From Eubacteriales bacterium (GTDB lineage: Bacteria > Bacillota > Clostridia > Oscillospirales > CAG-272), in NCBI GenBank assembly GCA_045656885.1, contig JAZORZ010000071.1, positions 2,509 through 66,508 on the forward strand: a stretch of 64,000 nt of DNA, in the 5' to 3' direction. Below, piece by piece: positions 44,566-53,004 of this stretch (position 1 is the first letter of the stretch; the number at the start of each line of letters is the position of its first letter). The notes under the pieces are model-generated. The model saw nothing but the letters and a program-made list of their open reading frames with translations. It was not told the origin of the DNA and did no database searches. The position numbers and the translations under genes were made by a program.

Positions 44566-44636
44566 GTATATATTCTAACGAATATATACCCACTTGACAA
44601 TCTACTTGTTTTGGTATATACTTATATAAGTATATA
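44566..44636. promoter_or_regulatory. divergent control region: two perfect palindromes flanking/overlapping a TTGACA-17-TATACT promoter
   Basis: GTATATATTC-TAAC-GAATATATAC (44566-44589). TTGACA 44594-44599, TATACT 44617-44622. 22-bp perfect palindrome TATATACTTATATAAGTATATA (44615-44636). Confidence 0.7.
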
Positions 44637-44652
44637 TAAAAAGAGAGGTTTT

Positions 44653-44982
44653 ATGAAACTTTTAATCGTTGGTTCAAGAAGCATTACAAGCTTTGACTTA
44701 TCTCCATATATTTCAAAAGAAGCAGACACCATTATCAGTGGGGGGGCAAGCGGTATAGATTCCTTGGCAGAACAATACGCCGACATGCACCGACTCTCAA
44801 AGTATATTATAAGGCCTTGCTATAATCGATTTGGCCGCGCTGCACCACTCAAGCGAAATGAGCAAATGATTGACATGGCAGATGAAATATTGATCATTTG
44901 GGACGGACATTCAAAAGGAACAAAATACACAATACAGTATGCAATCAAAACCAACAAACCATTAACGGTTGTTACAATTTGA
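44653..44982 (+). CDS. DUF2493/SLOG-like Rossmann-fold protein (109 aa)
   Basis: MKLLIVGSRS..IISGGASGIDSLAEQYA..GRAAPLKRNEQMIDMADEILIIWDGHSKGT matches the DUF2493 pattern (GxR..GGA.G.D..A...A.....G..A...RN..M....D......G.S.GT). Confidence 0.65.
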   Translation: MKLLIVGSRSITSFDLSPYISKEADTIISGGASGIDSLAEQYADMHRLSKYIIRPCYNRFGRAAPLKRNEQMIDMADEILIIWDGHSKGTKYTIQYAIKTNKPLTVVTI

Positions 44983-45026
44983 TTGTTTTGTGGAATTGTT
45001 GAATCGTTTATAAAAAGAACAAAAAA

Positions 45027-45050
45027 AGAGCGACCTCTGTCGCTCTTTTT
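45027..45050. terminator. bidirectional rho-independent terminator
   Basis: AGAGCGAC-CTCT-GTCGCTCT flanked by an A-run and a T-run. Confidence 0.8.
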
Positions 45051-45068
45051 GCTGTTTTTTTTACACCG

Positions 45069-45827
45069 TTATGCAAGTTTGCTTTTTGTGTGTCCTTTTG
45101 CCTTTTCTTTTATCGGCTTGCCGTTTGCATCAAATTGCATCTTTCCAAGCTCGTTGCAACGGTTGCAAAGGTATTTTGCAATTTGGTCTCGGCTTTTGTA
45201 TTTTGCACAAAGCTCCGAATACATTACGGGAGAGTCGAATATGTAGGTGCGGTCACTTTTGCGAAAATAAGAAACGTAGATAGGAAGATCCATACCCTTC
45301 TTTTTACAGCAGTCTGCGAGAAGGACAAATCCCTCGTGAAAGCCCTCAAGCTCAGAAAGGTATCCTTTTGTAGAATCCTCGGGGAAAACAACAATGTTAT
45401 CGCCGCTCTTCAATGCCTCAATACTCTCTCGCAAAGTTTTTACAAGGCGCACGTCACGATAGGTGGAGATCAAGTCAAATCCCGCATAAAAGAGGTGCGT
45501 CAGAGGGCTTGCAATCAGGCAGAACAGCCGTGCCAGATGAATATTCCAATGCTTTTTTTCGTGAAAATAAACCTTTGTTTGATATTTATAAAGCGGGATC
45601 AATCCCGAGTTCATTTCATGTGCTCCCCACATACGAATGGGCTTGTCACAGTAGATTTCAAGCGACATGGGAGAATCTGTTCCTTCGTGGTTAGATAAGA
45701 TCAATGCACTGTTTTCAAACGGCTCACCAAGGTAAATAAAACGGGGCTCTTTGTATCTTACCCTCATTATTCTTTTTAATATTCTAAAATACAGTTTTCT
45801 TTTGGCTTTTTCTTTTTTCACTGTCAT
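45069..45827 (-). CDS. PlsC-family acyltransferase
   Basis: LILSNHEGTDSP (HX4D), VVFPEDS. Confidence 0.65.
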   Translation of the reverse strand: MTVKKEKAKRKLYFRILKRIMRVRYKEPRFIYLGEPFENSALILSNHEGTDSPMSLEIYCDKPIRMWGAHEMNSGLIPLYKYQTKVYFHEKKHWNIHLARLFCLIASPLTHLFYAGFDLISTYRDVRLVKTLRESIEALKSGDNIVVFPEDSTKGYLSELEGFHEGFVLLADCCKKKGMDLPIYVSYFRKSDRTYIFDSPVMYSELCAKYKSRDQIAKYLCNRCNELGKMQFDANGKPIKEKAKGHTKSKLA

Positions 45828-45984
45828 TTCTCAACCTCCTTTACAAAAAGAAAACCTTGGGTAGAGGGTATTATACCACCTTTTTCGACAGAAAACAACC
45901 TTTTTGTGTCATTTTGCTTTTGGGCAATTTGGACACATTGTAATACTTTTTATTTTATGATGCCTGTACTTTTTTTATGCTAAA

Positions 45985-46019
45985 AACAAAAAAGAGCGAA
46001 CTCGCGTCCGCTCTTTTTC
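45985..46019 (-). terminator. rho-independent terminator of copA
   Basis: AGAGCG-N10-CGCTCT. The minus strand is followed by TTTTTTGTTTTT. Confidence 0.65.
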
Positions 46020-46033
46020 TCTTTTGAATCTTC

Positions 46034-48595
46034 TTATTTTTCTTTACATTCATAGCCGGCTGCAACAACAGCATCTATGAGTGTTGCCATAGAAACGCTT
46101 GATAACGCATCTACGGTGGCGGTTTTGGCGTCAAGGTCTACCTCTGCGGCAGATACGCCCTTAATGCCCTCCAAGGCCTTTTTAACGTGTGCCACGCAGT
46201 GCTGACACATCATGCCCTCAACTGCGAGGGTATAGGTGATATTTTCTTTCTTTTTTATACCAAACATTTTCTTTTCTCCTTTATGATGATCAAGTGAAAT
46301 AAAGCGCAAGCGCAGCGCGTTGGAAACAACAAACAGGGAAGAAAAGCTCATTGCCGCCGATGCAAGCATGGGGCTGAGCTGCCAATGCAAAATTGGGAAG
46401 AACACTCCTGCCGCAACGGGAATGCAGATGGCGTTGTAGAAAAGTGCCCAGAACAGATTTTGCTTGATGATACGCAAGGTTGCACGGCTGAGCTGCCAAG
46501 CGTCAAAAACACCCGAGATAGCATTACCCGAAAGCACGATATCAGCACAGTCGATAGCAACCTCTGTTCCTGCTCCAACAGCAATACCGATGTCGGCGCG
46601 TGTGAGGGCGGGGGCATCGTTGATGCCGTCACCAACCATTGCGCATACACCCGTGAGAGAAAGCTCGTGCAAAATGCGTTCTTTATCCTCGGGAAGGAGT
46701 CCCGCACGGTAAGCATCAAGCCCTGCCTGTGCGGTTATTGCCGCGGCCGTGCGCTCGTTGTCGCCTGTCAGCATCAGGGTAGAAATACCTTTGTTTTTCA
46801 GCCCCTGCACCGTCTGTTTTGCTTCCTCGCGAATGCGATCGGCAAGAGCCAAAACACCGATGGGCTCGTTTTCGAGTGTGACAAGTACAACGGTTTTGCC
46901 TTGGTTTTCTAGAGTTAAAATATCCTCTTGAATATTACAAACACCCGTTTTTTGCACCACGTGTAGCGAAAAAGCGGTGTTTTCTTCTGTTTGAATATTA
47001 TTTTCGGTGTTTTTTGTTTGTGTCAAAAACTCTGTGCTCGGTCTGCCGATACGCAAGCATTTGCCGTCTATTTTGCCGATGGCACCAATGCCTGTCAGGG
47101 TTTCAAAATCGGTGACCTCGTCAAGCTGTGTAACACCGTAGCTTTCCGCGCCCCTGCAGATTGCCGTGGCGAGGGGGTGAATTGAGAGATGCTCCACCGA
47201 TGCGGCGGCGCGCAAAACGTCCTCTGCGGCGGCGTTGTAGGTATATACGTCGGTCAGAGATGGCTTACCCTCGGTGAGTGTTCCGGTCTTGTCAAACACC
47301 ACCGTTTGTACCGTTGAAAATTTTTCAAGCGCCTCTGCGGAGCGGAAAAGAACGCCTTTTTTGGCGGCTCTGCCAACCCCTACTGTAATTGCCGTGGGGG
47401 TAGCTAAACCGAGCGCACAGGGGCAGGAAATAACCAATACAGATATAGCGGAACGCAACGCCTGCTCAACGTTTTGTGTTGCTATGAGCCAAACAGCAAG
47501 CGTGCATGCGGAAATTGCCATAACAACAGGAACAAATACCGCGCTTACCTTATCGGCAACGCGCGCAATGGGGGCTTTTGAGGACGCAGCATCCTCGAGG
47601 AGTCGAATGATACGGGCTAGGGAAGAATCCTCTCCTACACGCTCTGCGCGCACCGTAAGAGCACCCGAGAGCAAAACGCAAGCCGCGCGAACCTCGCTGC
47701 CCTCGCTTTTCTCTGTGGGCATACTCTCACCGGTCAAAGCCGATTCGTCAACCGTTCCGCTCCCCGAAAGAACCACACCGTCGGCGGGGATACGCTCTCC
47801 TGCACGAATGAGAAAAACGTCATCCTTTTGCAGCTCTTCAATAGGCAAAAGAATTTCTTTGTCCTCTTTGATCACCGTTACAAACGCGGGGGCGAGGGTG
47901 GAAAGGGAGCGGATGGCATCCGCGGTTTTATCCTTGGCTCTCGCCTCAAGGAGCTTGCCGACAGAGACAAGTGTGAGGATCATAGCGGCGGACTCAAAAT
48001 AGAGGTCATGCAGATATTTGTGCACCGTGTCTGTATCCTTTGCTGTTACGATCATAATGAATGCAAACAGACCGTACACAACAGACGCGCCTGCACCCAC
48101 GCAAATGAGAGAGTCCATATTGGGCGAGCGATTCCACAAAGCCCTGGCACCGCTGATAAAAAAGCGACGGTTGAGAATAAGAACAGGAACAGTAAGGAGC
48201 AGTTGTGCCAAACACATAAATGCGGCGTTTTCGGCACCTCTTAAAAAAGCAGGCGCATGCAATCCAACCATCGAGCCCATGGAAAGATACATCACGCAAA
48301 GGGTGAACAGAGCCGATAGAATCAGTGTGACAATTTGTTTTTTGCTTTCTTTATTTTCTTTTTGTTGCTTGGGTTGCTCGGTAACAAGCTCGTATCCCGC
48401 ACGCTGAATGGCGGCGGCAAGTCGTTTTTCCAAGCTCTGTACGTCGGTGGTGTCGTCAACGGTAAGAGAGACCGAATTGGTAAGAAGGGAGACGTTTGCG
48501 CTCTCTCCCTCGCCTATCACGCGGCCGATCGCCCGTTCCACGTGCGCCACGCACGCCGCACAGGTCATTCCTTTTATTGTGTAGTGTAGTCTCAT
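46034..48595 (-). CDS. copA: copper-translocating P-type ATPase with one N-terminal and one C-terminal HMA domain
   Basis: GMTCAACV (N-terminal HMA), CPC (SCPCALGLATP), DKTGTLT, GDGINDAP. The C-terminal 70 aa ..YTLAVEGMMCQHCVAHVKKALEG.. form a second HMA domain. Confidence 0.95.
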   Translation of the reverse strand: MRLHYTIKGMTCAACVAHVERAIGRVIGEGESANVSLLTNSVSLTVDDTTDVQSLEKRLAAAIQRAGYELVTEQPKQQKENKESKKQIVTLILSALFTLCVMYLSMGSMVGLHAPAFLRGAENAAFMCLAQLLLTVPVLILNRRFFISGARALWNRSPNMDSLICVGAGASVVYGLFAFIMIVTAKDTDTVHKYLHDLYFESAAMILTLVSVGKLLEARAKDKTADAIRSLSTLAPAFVTVIKEDKEILLPIEELQKDDVFLIRAGERIPADGVVLSGSGTVDESALTGESMPTEKSEGSEVRAACVLLSGALTVRAERVGEDSSLARIIRLLEDAASSKAPIARVADKVSAVFVPVVMAISACTLAVWLIATQNVEQALRSAISVLVISCPCALGLATPTAITVGVGRAAKKGVLFRSAEALEKFSTVQTVVFDKTGTLTEGKPSLTDVYTYNAAAEDVLRAAASVEHLSIHPLATAICRGAESYGVTQLDEVTDFETLTGIGAIGKIDGKCLRIGRPSTEFLTQTKNTENNIQTEENTAFSLHVVQKTGVCNIQEDILTLENQGKTVVLVTLENEPIGVLALADRIREEAKQTVQGLKNKGISTLMLTGDNERTAAAITAQAGLDAYRAGLLPEDKERILHELSLTGVCAMVGDGINDAPALTRADIGIAVGAGTEVAIDCADIVLSGNAISGVFDAWQLSRATLRIIKQNLFWALFYNAICIPVAAGVFFPILHWQLSPMLASAAMSFSSLFVVSNALRLRFISLDHHKGEKKMFGIKKKENITYTLAVEGMMCQHCVAHVKKALEGIKGVSAAEVDLDAKTATVDALSSVSMATLIDAVVAAGYECKEK

Positions 48596-48742
48596 AAAAT
48601 TCCTTTTAACAGGACGGCAAGGTCACCGTCTTTTTTGTTTTTCTTTTTCATTATACCCTTTTTTTGACCACTTGTCAACAACCTGTTTTCTATGTAAAAT
48701 ATAAATTATTTGTAAATTTTATTAAAATTACGCGCGCGGGCG

Positions 48743-48771
48743 TTGTAAAATATTATTATTTATGTTATAAT
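48743..48771 (+). promoter_or_regulatory. sigma-A type promoter of dnaA
   Basis: TTGTAA-17 nt-TATAAT in a very AT-rich stretch. Confidence 0.55.
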
Positions 48772-48818
48772 ATATATAATTATGAGCACGACATCAAAAT
48801 TGTGAAAGGAGATCGTCA

Positions 48819-50222
48819 ATGCCTTCTCAAAATTACATCGAAGAAATCAGAGAAATTTGGAATATGGTCAAGGAATCCTTCCGCTCGGAGCTTTCCGAGA
48901 CCTCGATTGAGCTTTGGTTTGGGGAAATCAGTGTTGTTTCTTTTGACACCTCGGTTTACACCCTTACCCTGGGAATTCCCTCTGCTTTCAAATTCGACAT
49001 TGTCAAAAACAAATATCTCGCCTCTGTTGAGGAAAAATTCTGCCAGCTTTTGGGGTTTGACGTCAAGGTTAATCTCACCTTTACCGGCTCTGCCGCGGCA
49101 GGAGATAGCATTAAGAGTCAGGTGATCGGTCTTGAGCCCGCTCCCAAAAAGGAAGAGGTCAAGAGCCCACTCAACACACTCTCCGATTTCAATTTTGAAT
49201 ACACCTTTGAAAACTTTATTGTAGGCAGCACAAACAAATTTGCACACGCCGCCTGCTATGCGGTTGCAAACCGACCCGCCAACTATGAGTCGGATACAAA
49301 ATCCTCGCTCTCTACCTACAATCCTCTCTTTATTTACGGCAACAGCGGTCTTGGCAAAACACACCTGATGCATGCAACCATCAACCGCATGAAGCAAAAC
49401 AATCCCAATATCAAGATCATCTACACCCGCGGTGAGGATTTCACCAACCAGATGATCGCCTGCCTTGCAAACAAGACCATGGCAGACTTCCACGAGAAGT
49501 ACCGCAATTGCGACGTTCTCCTCATCGACGATATTCAATTTATCGCGGGTAAGACCTCTACACAGGAAGAATTCTTCCATACCTTTAACGCTCTGTATGA
49601 CGGAAAGAAGCAAATTATTTTGACGTCCGACCGTCCGCCAAGAGACATTAAAACACTTGAGGACAGATTGACCTCGCGCTTTGAATGGGGACTGCTTGCC
49701 GACATCGAGCCGCCGGATCTTGAGCTGCGTATTGCCATTATCAAAAAGAAGGCAGAGCAGGTCAATATTACCATTCCCGATGACGTGCTGACCTTCCTTG
49801 GTGAAAACCTGCGCTCCAATATTCGTCAAATTGAGGGCGCTATCAAAAAGCTGGGAGCGCTCAGTTTCCTCTCCGGCAAGGAGATCAACATGGAGCTGGC
49901 ACAGGAATGCATCTCCGAGCTTCTCGGCGGTGCAGAGCCCGTTAGCGTGACTGTTGATAAGATCTTTAACGCAGTCTTTAACAAATACGGCATCTCCCGC
50001 GAGAGCTTAACCGGCAACAAGAGAAACAAGGATATTGCCAACACACGACATATTACCATTTATTTGATCCGTGAGCTTACCGAAATGTCTTTCCCAAGCA
50101 TTGCAAAGATTTTTGAGAGAGACCACTCCACCATCATTTCCTCTCACCGACTGATGGAGACCAAACTTTTGGAGGATCCTGCGTTCCTCTCCGAGATCAA
50201 CGAGCTCAAAAAGGAAATTTAA
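48819..50222 (+). CDS. dnaA: chromosomal replication initiator protein DnaA
   Basis: GNSGLGKTHLMHA (Walker A), LLIDDIQF, C-terminal DNA-binding domain ..HSTIISS... Confidence 0.97.
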   Translation: MPSQNYIEEIREIWNMVKESFRSELSETSIELWFGEISVVSFDTSVYTLTLGIPSAFKFDIVKNKYLASVEEKFCQLLGFDVKVNLTFTGSAAAGDSIKSQVIGLEPAPKKEEVKSPLNTLSDFNFEYTFENFIVGSTNKFAHAACYAVANRPANYESDTKSSLSTYNPLFIYGNSGLGKTHLMHATINRMKQNNPNIKIIYTRGEDFTNQMIACLANKTMADFHEKYRNCDVLLIDDIQFIAGKTSTQEEFFHTFNALYDGKKQIILTSDRPPRDIKTLEDRLTSRFEWGLLADIEPPDLELRIAIIKKKAEQVNITIPDDVLTFLGENLRSNIRQIEGAIKKLGALSFLSGKEINMELAQECISELLGGAEPVSVTVDKIFNAVFNKYGISRESLTGNKRNKDIANTRHITIYLIRELTEMSFPSIAKIFERDHSTIISSHRLMETKLLEDPAFLSEINELKKEI

Positions 50223-50223
50223 C

Positions 50224-50662
50224 TTTTCCACACAAAAATATGAGTTTTCCACACAGTTTTCAACACCTGTGGAAAAGTTGTTGATTTTGATTTGATTTTA
50301 CACAGTTTTTCCGCAAAATCATGCTGTTCTTGCCGCCACGCGTAGGTTTTTCCCTGTGGAATGGCAAAATGAAGGAATGGTGGAAAAGTCGTCCTTTGTG
50401 TCGATTTTCTTCGACAAACTTCGTCTTTTCCACAAGAGTTTTCCACCCACAGCCAAATCGGCAAAACCGAAAAACGACCAATAGAGAAAAGTGGCGCCCT
50501 AAAAGAGTGTTTTTGGGTACTTTGAGCCCTCTTGGTGCAAAAAAGCCAACTCTTTTTCCACACCTCTTGGGGAACAAAAATCGCGGTTTATGCGCCACAG
50601 ATACACAATTCGGGGCTTTCCACAGTTTCCCCTGCCCCTACTACTATTACTATTTCATTTAT
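50224..50662 (+). other. oriC: oriC: DnaA-box cluster, GC cluster, DnaA-trios and adjacent AT-rich unwinding region
   Basis: TTTTCCACA at 50224, 50245, 50426 and 50554. TGTGGAAAA at 50268. Weaker boxes at 50355, 50379, 50439 and 50616. After the last box (CTTTCCACA 50616-50624) come the GC cluster CCCCTGCCCC (50629-50638), then CTA CTA CTA TTA CTA (50638-52) and an AT-rich run. Confidence 0.85.
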
Positions 50663-50734
50663 CTATACCATTCTTTCGTTATAGAGCGCTGCGCGCAAAG
50701 AGAGCGAAAGGATACCAAGAAAGGAATTTTTGTT

Positions 50735-51886
50735 ATGAAGATCATATTCAACCGCCAAAACGTAAGCGATGCAGTAGCTCCCCTGATGTGCGCCGTATCG
50801 GGCAAATCCACGCTCACGGCAGCCGAGGGTATTTTAATTGAAGCAAATGCCGATGACACTTGTGTAATGACCACCTTCGACCTTGAAAAGGGTATGCGTA
50901 TCAAGCTTGAGGCAGAGGTTGAAGAAGCAGGTTCCGCTATCATCAACGCGCAAAAGTTTGTGCAGACCATTCGCGTTATGGAAGGCGAGACCGTTACCCT
51001 GACAGTCAGCGAGAATATGCAGGCGTGCATTCACAGCGGTAAGTCCAACCACAAAATGACCGCACTCCCCGCCGAGGATTATCCCACCATTCCCCGCCTT
51101 GTTACCGAGGACGGCTTTGTAGTCGGTCAGGCAGTGCTCAAAAAGATGCTCTCCAAGGTCATGTTTGCAATGGCATCCAATGACCAACGTCCTGTGCTCA
51201 ACGGTTGCTACTTCCGCGTCAGCGATGATGAGCTCCTGACGGTTTCCTGCGATAGCTACAAGCTGGCAAGATGTGCTACCAAGGCAAGCATTGAAAACAA
51301 GAATGAGGACGGCTCTGCCCTTAAGTTCTCCTTTATTATTCCTACAAAAACCATCAACGAGCTCTACAAGCTGCTCAAGGACGACGAGCGCGAGGACGTT
51401 CGCATTTACATGAGCCGCAAGAACATCGTGTTCAACATTGGCGATATGGTATTCTTCTCCCGTCTGATCGAAGGTCAATACATCGATTACGACCGCATCA
51501 TTCTCAAGTCTCACCGCATTTTTGCAACCGTTGACCGTGAAAGAATGATCTCGGCTCTTGAAAGAGCTGCACTTGTTACCGAGGAAAAGATCGCAGGCAG
51601 CGTGCGCTCGCACGTAAAACTTGAATTTGAAGATAGCGTTCTCAAGGTTTCGGCAGTTTCCACCCTTGGCAGCACCTATGATGAGATTGAGACCGAGCAA
51701 GAGGGGGACCGCATCCTGATCGCGTTCAACAACCGCTTCCTCATTGATAGCTTGCGCGCAAGTGACGCTGAAAAGGTGAAGATCTCCATGACCTCGGCAC
51801 TGACCAGCATCAACATTGAGCCCGCAGTAGCAGACGAGGACGCTACTGACCTCTTTATGCTCCTGCCCGTCAGAATGAAAGAGTAA
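50735..51886 (+). CDS. dnaN: DNA polymerase III beta sliding clamp
   Basis: ORF 50321..51886 trimmed to ATG 50735 (the upstream part is oriC). MKIIFNRQNVSDAV.., 383 aa. Confidence 0.95.
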   Translation: MKIIFNRQNVSDAVAPLMCAVSGKSTLTAAEGILIEANADDTCVMTTFDLEKGMRIKLEAEVEEAGSAIINAQKFVQTIRVMEGETVTLTVSENMQACIHSGKSNHKMTALPAEDYPTIPRLVTEDGFVVGQAVLKKMLSKVMFAMASNDQRPVLNGCYFRVSDDELLTVSCDSYKLARCATKASIENKNEDGSALKFSFIIPTKTINELYKLLKDDEREDVRIYMSRKNIVFNIGDMVFFSRLIEGQYIDYDRIILKSHRIFATVDRERMISALERAALVTEEKIAGSVRSHVKLEFEDSVLKVSAVSTLGSTYDEIETEQEGDRILIAFNNRFLIDSLRASDAEKVKISMTSALTSINIEPAVADEDATDLFMLLPVRMKE

Positions 51887-51895
51887 TCAAAATAA

Positions 51896-53002
51896 ATGGA
51901 ATGTAATAAGATCTCCATTCGCAATTTTCGCAACATAGAGGTAGCCGAGATCGAGTTTGACAGAGGCGTTAATATTCTGTGCGGTGAAAATGCGCAAGGG
52001 AAGACAAATTTGCTCGAGGCAATTCATTTTACCTCACTGGGCAAAAGCTTTCGCACCTCTCACGATGAGGAAATGATCCGCTTTGGCGAGGAGCTTTGCG
52101 AGGTGTCGCTTGACTTTTGTGACTCCGTGCGCCGACAGAACATTACTGTGCGTATGATGCAGGGGAAGAGAAAGCAGATCGAGCACAACCGCATCAAGGT
52201 GGGAAGAGTCTCCGACATTGTGGGCGCGTTCCGCACGGTGCTCTTTTGTCCCGAGCATCTATCCCTGATCAAAGAGGGACCGGGTGAGCGGCGCAACTTT
52301 TTGGATATTGCGCTCTCGCAGCTTTATCCCGTGTATCTCAAAAGTTTACAACGCTACAACCAAATACTCAAGCAGCGCAATCAGCTCATCAGGGCAGCAG
52401 AGGACGATCGTTCGACCTTTGATGCCACGGTGGAGCTTTGGTCGCAGCAGCTTGCACACGAGGCGGCAGTCATCGCGCGTTACCGTTATCGCTATATCAA
52501 AATGGCACAGGAGCACGTTACACGCTTCTTTGGCGAAATGACGGGCGAGCGCGAGACACCCATGCTTGTGTATCTCGGTTCGTCAAAACAACCTGTTGAA
52601 GAATATGAGGATATAGAAAAAACAGAGACAGCATACCGCACGCTTTTGTCCTCGCATCACGACCGCGAGATTGGAGCGGGGAGCACGCTTTGGGGTATTC
52701 ACAAAGACGATATTGAGATTTTACTCAACGGTAAGCCCGCACGCTCCTTTGCATCGCAGGGGCAGCAACGCTCCTTGGCGCTCTCACTCAAGCTTGCCGA
52801 GGGCGAGGTTTGTGCAACCGTTTGCGGAGAGAAGCCCGTGTTCCTGTTTGACGACGTTTTCTCCGAGCTTGATAGCACCCGCCGCGCTTACCTTTCGGGC
52901 AAGATTGGCGAGCGTCAGGTCATCATCACCACCTGCGAGCCCTCGGGCATCGTTGGCGGCAAGATGATAAGGGTAGAAAAAGGAACTTTCCAATCAACGT
53001 AA
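51896..53002 (+). CDS. recF: DNA replication/repair protein RecF
   Basis: GENAQGKTNLLEAI Walker A, ..SQGQQRSLALSLKLAE.. signature, LFDDVFSELD. Confidence 0.95.
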   Translation: MECNKISIRNFRNIEVAEIEFDRGVNILCGENAQGKTNLLEAIHFTSLGKSFRTSHDEEMIRFGEELCEVSLDFCDSVRRQNITVRMMQGKRKQIEHNRIKVGRVSDIVGAFRTVLFCPEHLSLIKEGPGERRNFLDIALSQLYPVYLKSLQRYNQILKQRNQLIRAAEDDRSTFDATVELWSQQLAHEAAVIARYRYRYIKMAQEHVTRFFGEMTGERETPMLVYLGSSKQPVEEYEDIEKTETAYRTLLSSHHDREIGAGSTLWGIHKDDIEILLNGKPARSFASQGQQRSLALSLKLAEGEVCATVCGEKPVFLFDDVFSELDSTRRAYLSGKIGERQVIITTCEPSGIVGGKMIRVEKGTFQST

Positions 53003-53004
53003 AA

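Noticed and set aside
50321-50734. N-terminal 138-aa extension of the dnaN ORF.
   Set aside because: This stretch is the oriC DnaA-box/DnaA-trio region. The conserved beta-clamp N-terminus (MKIIFNRQ..) starts at ATG 50735.
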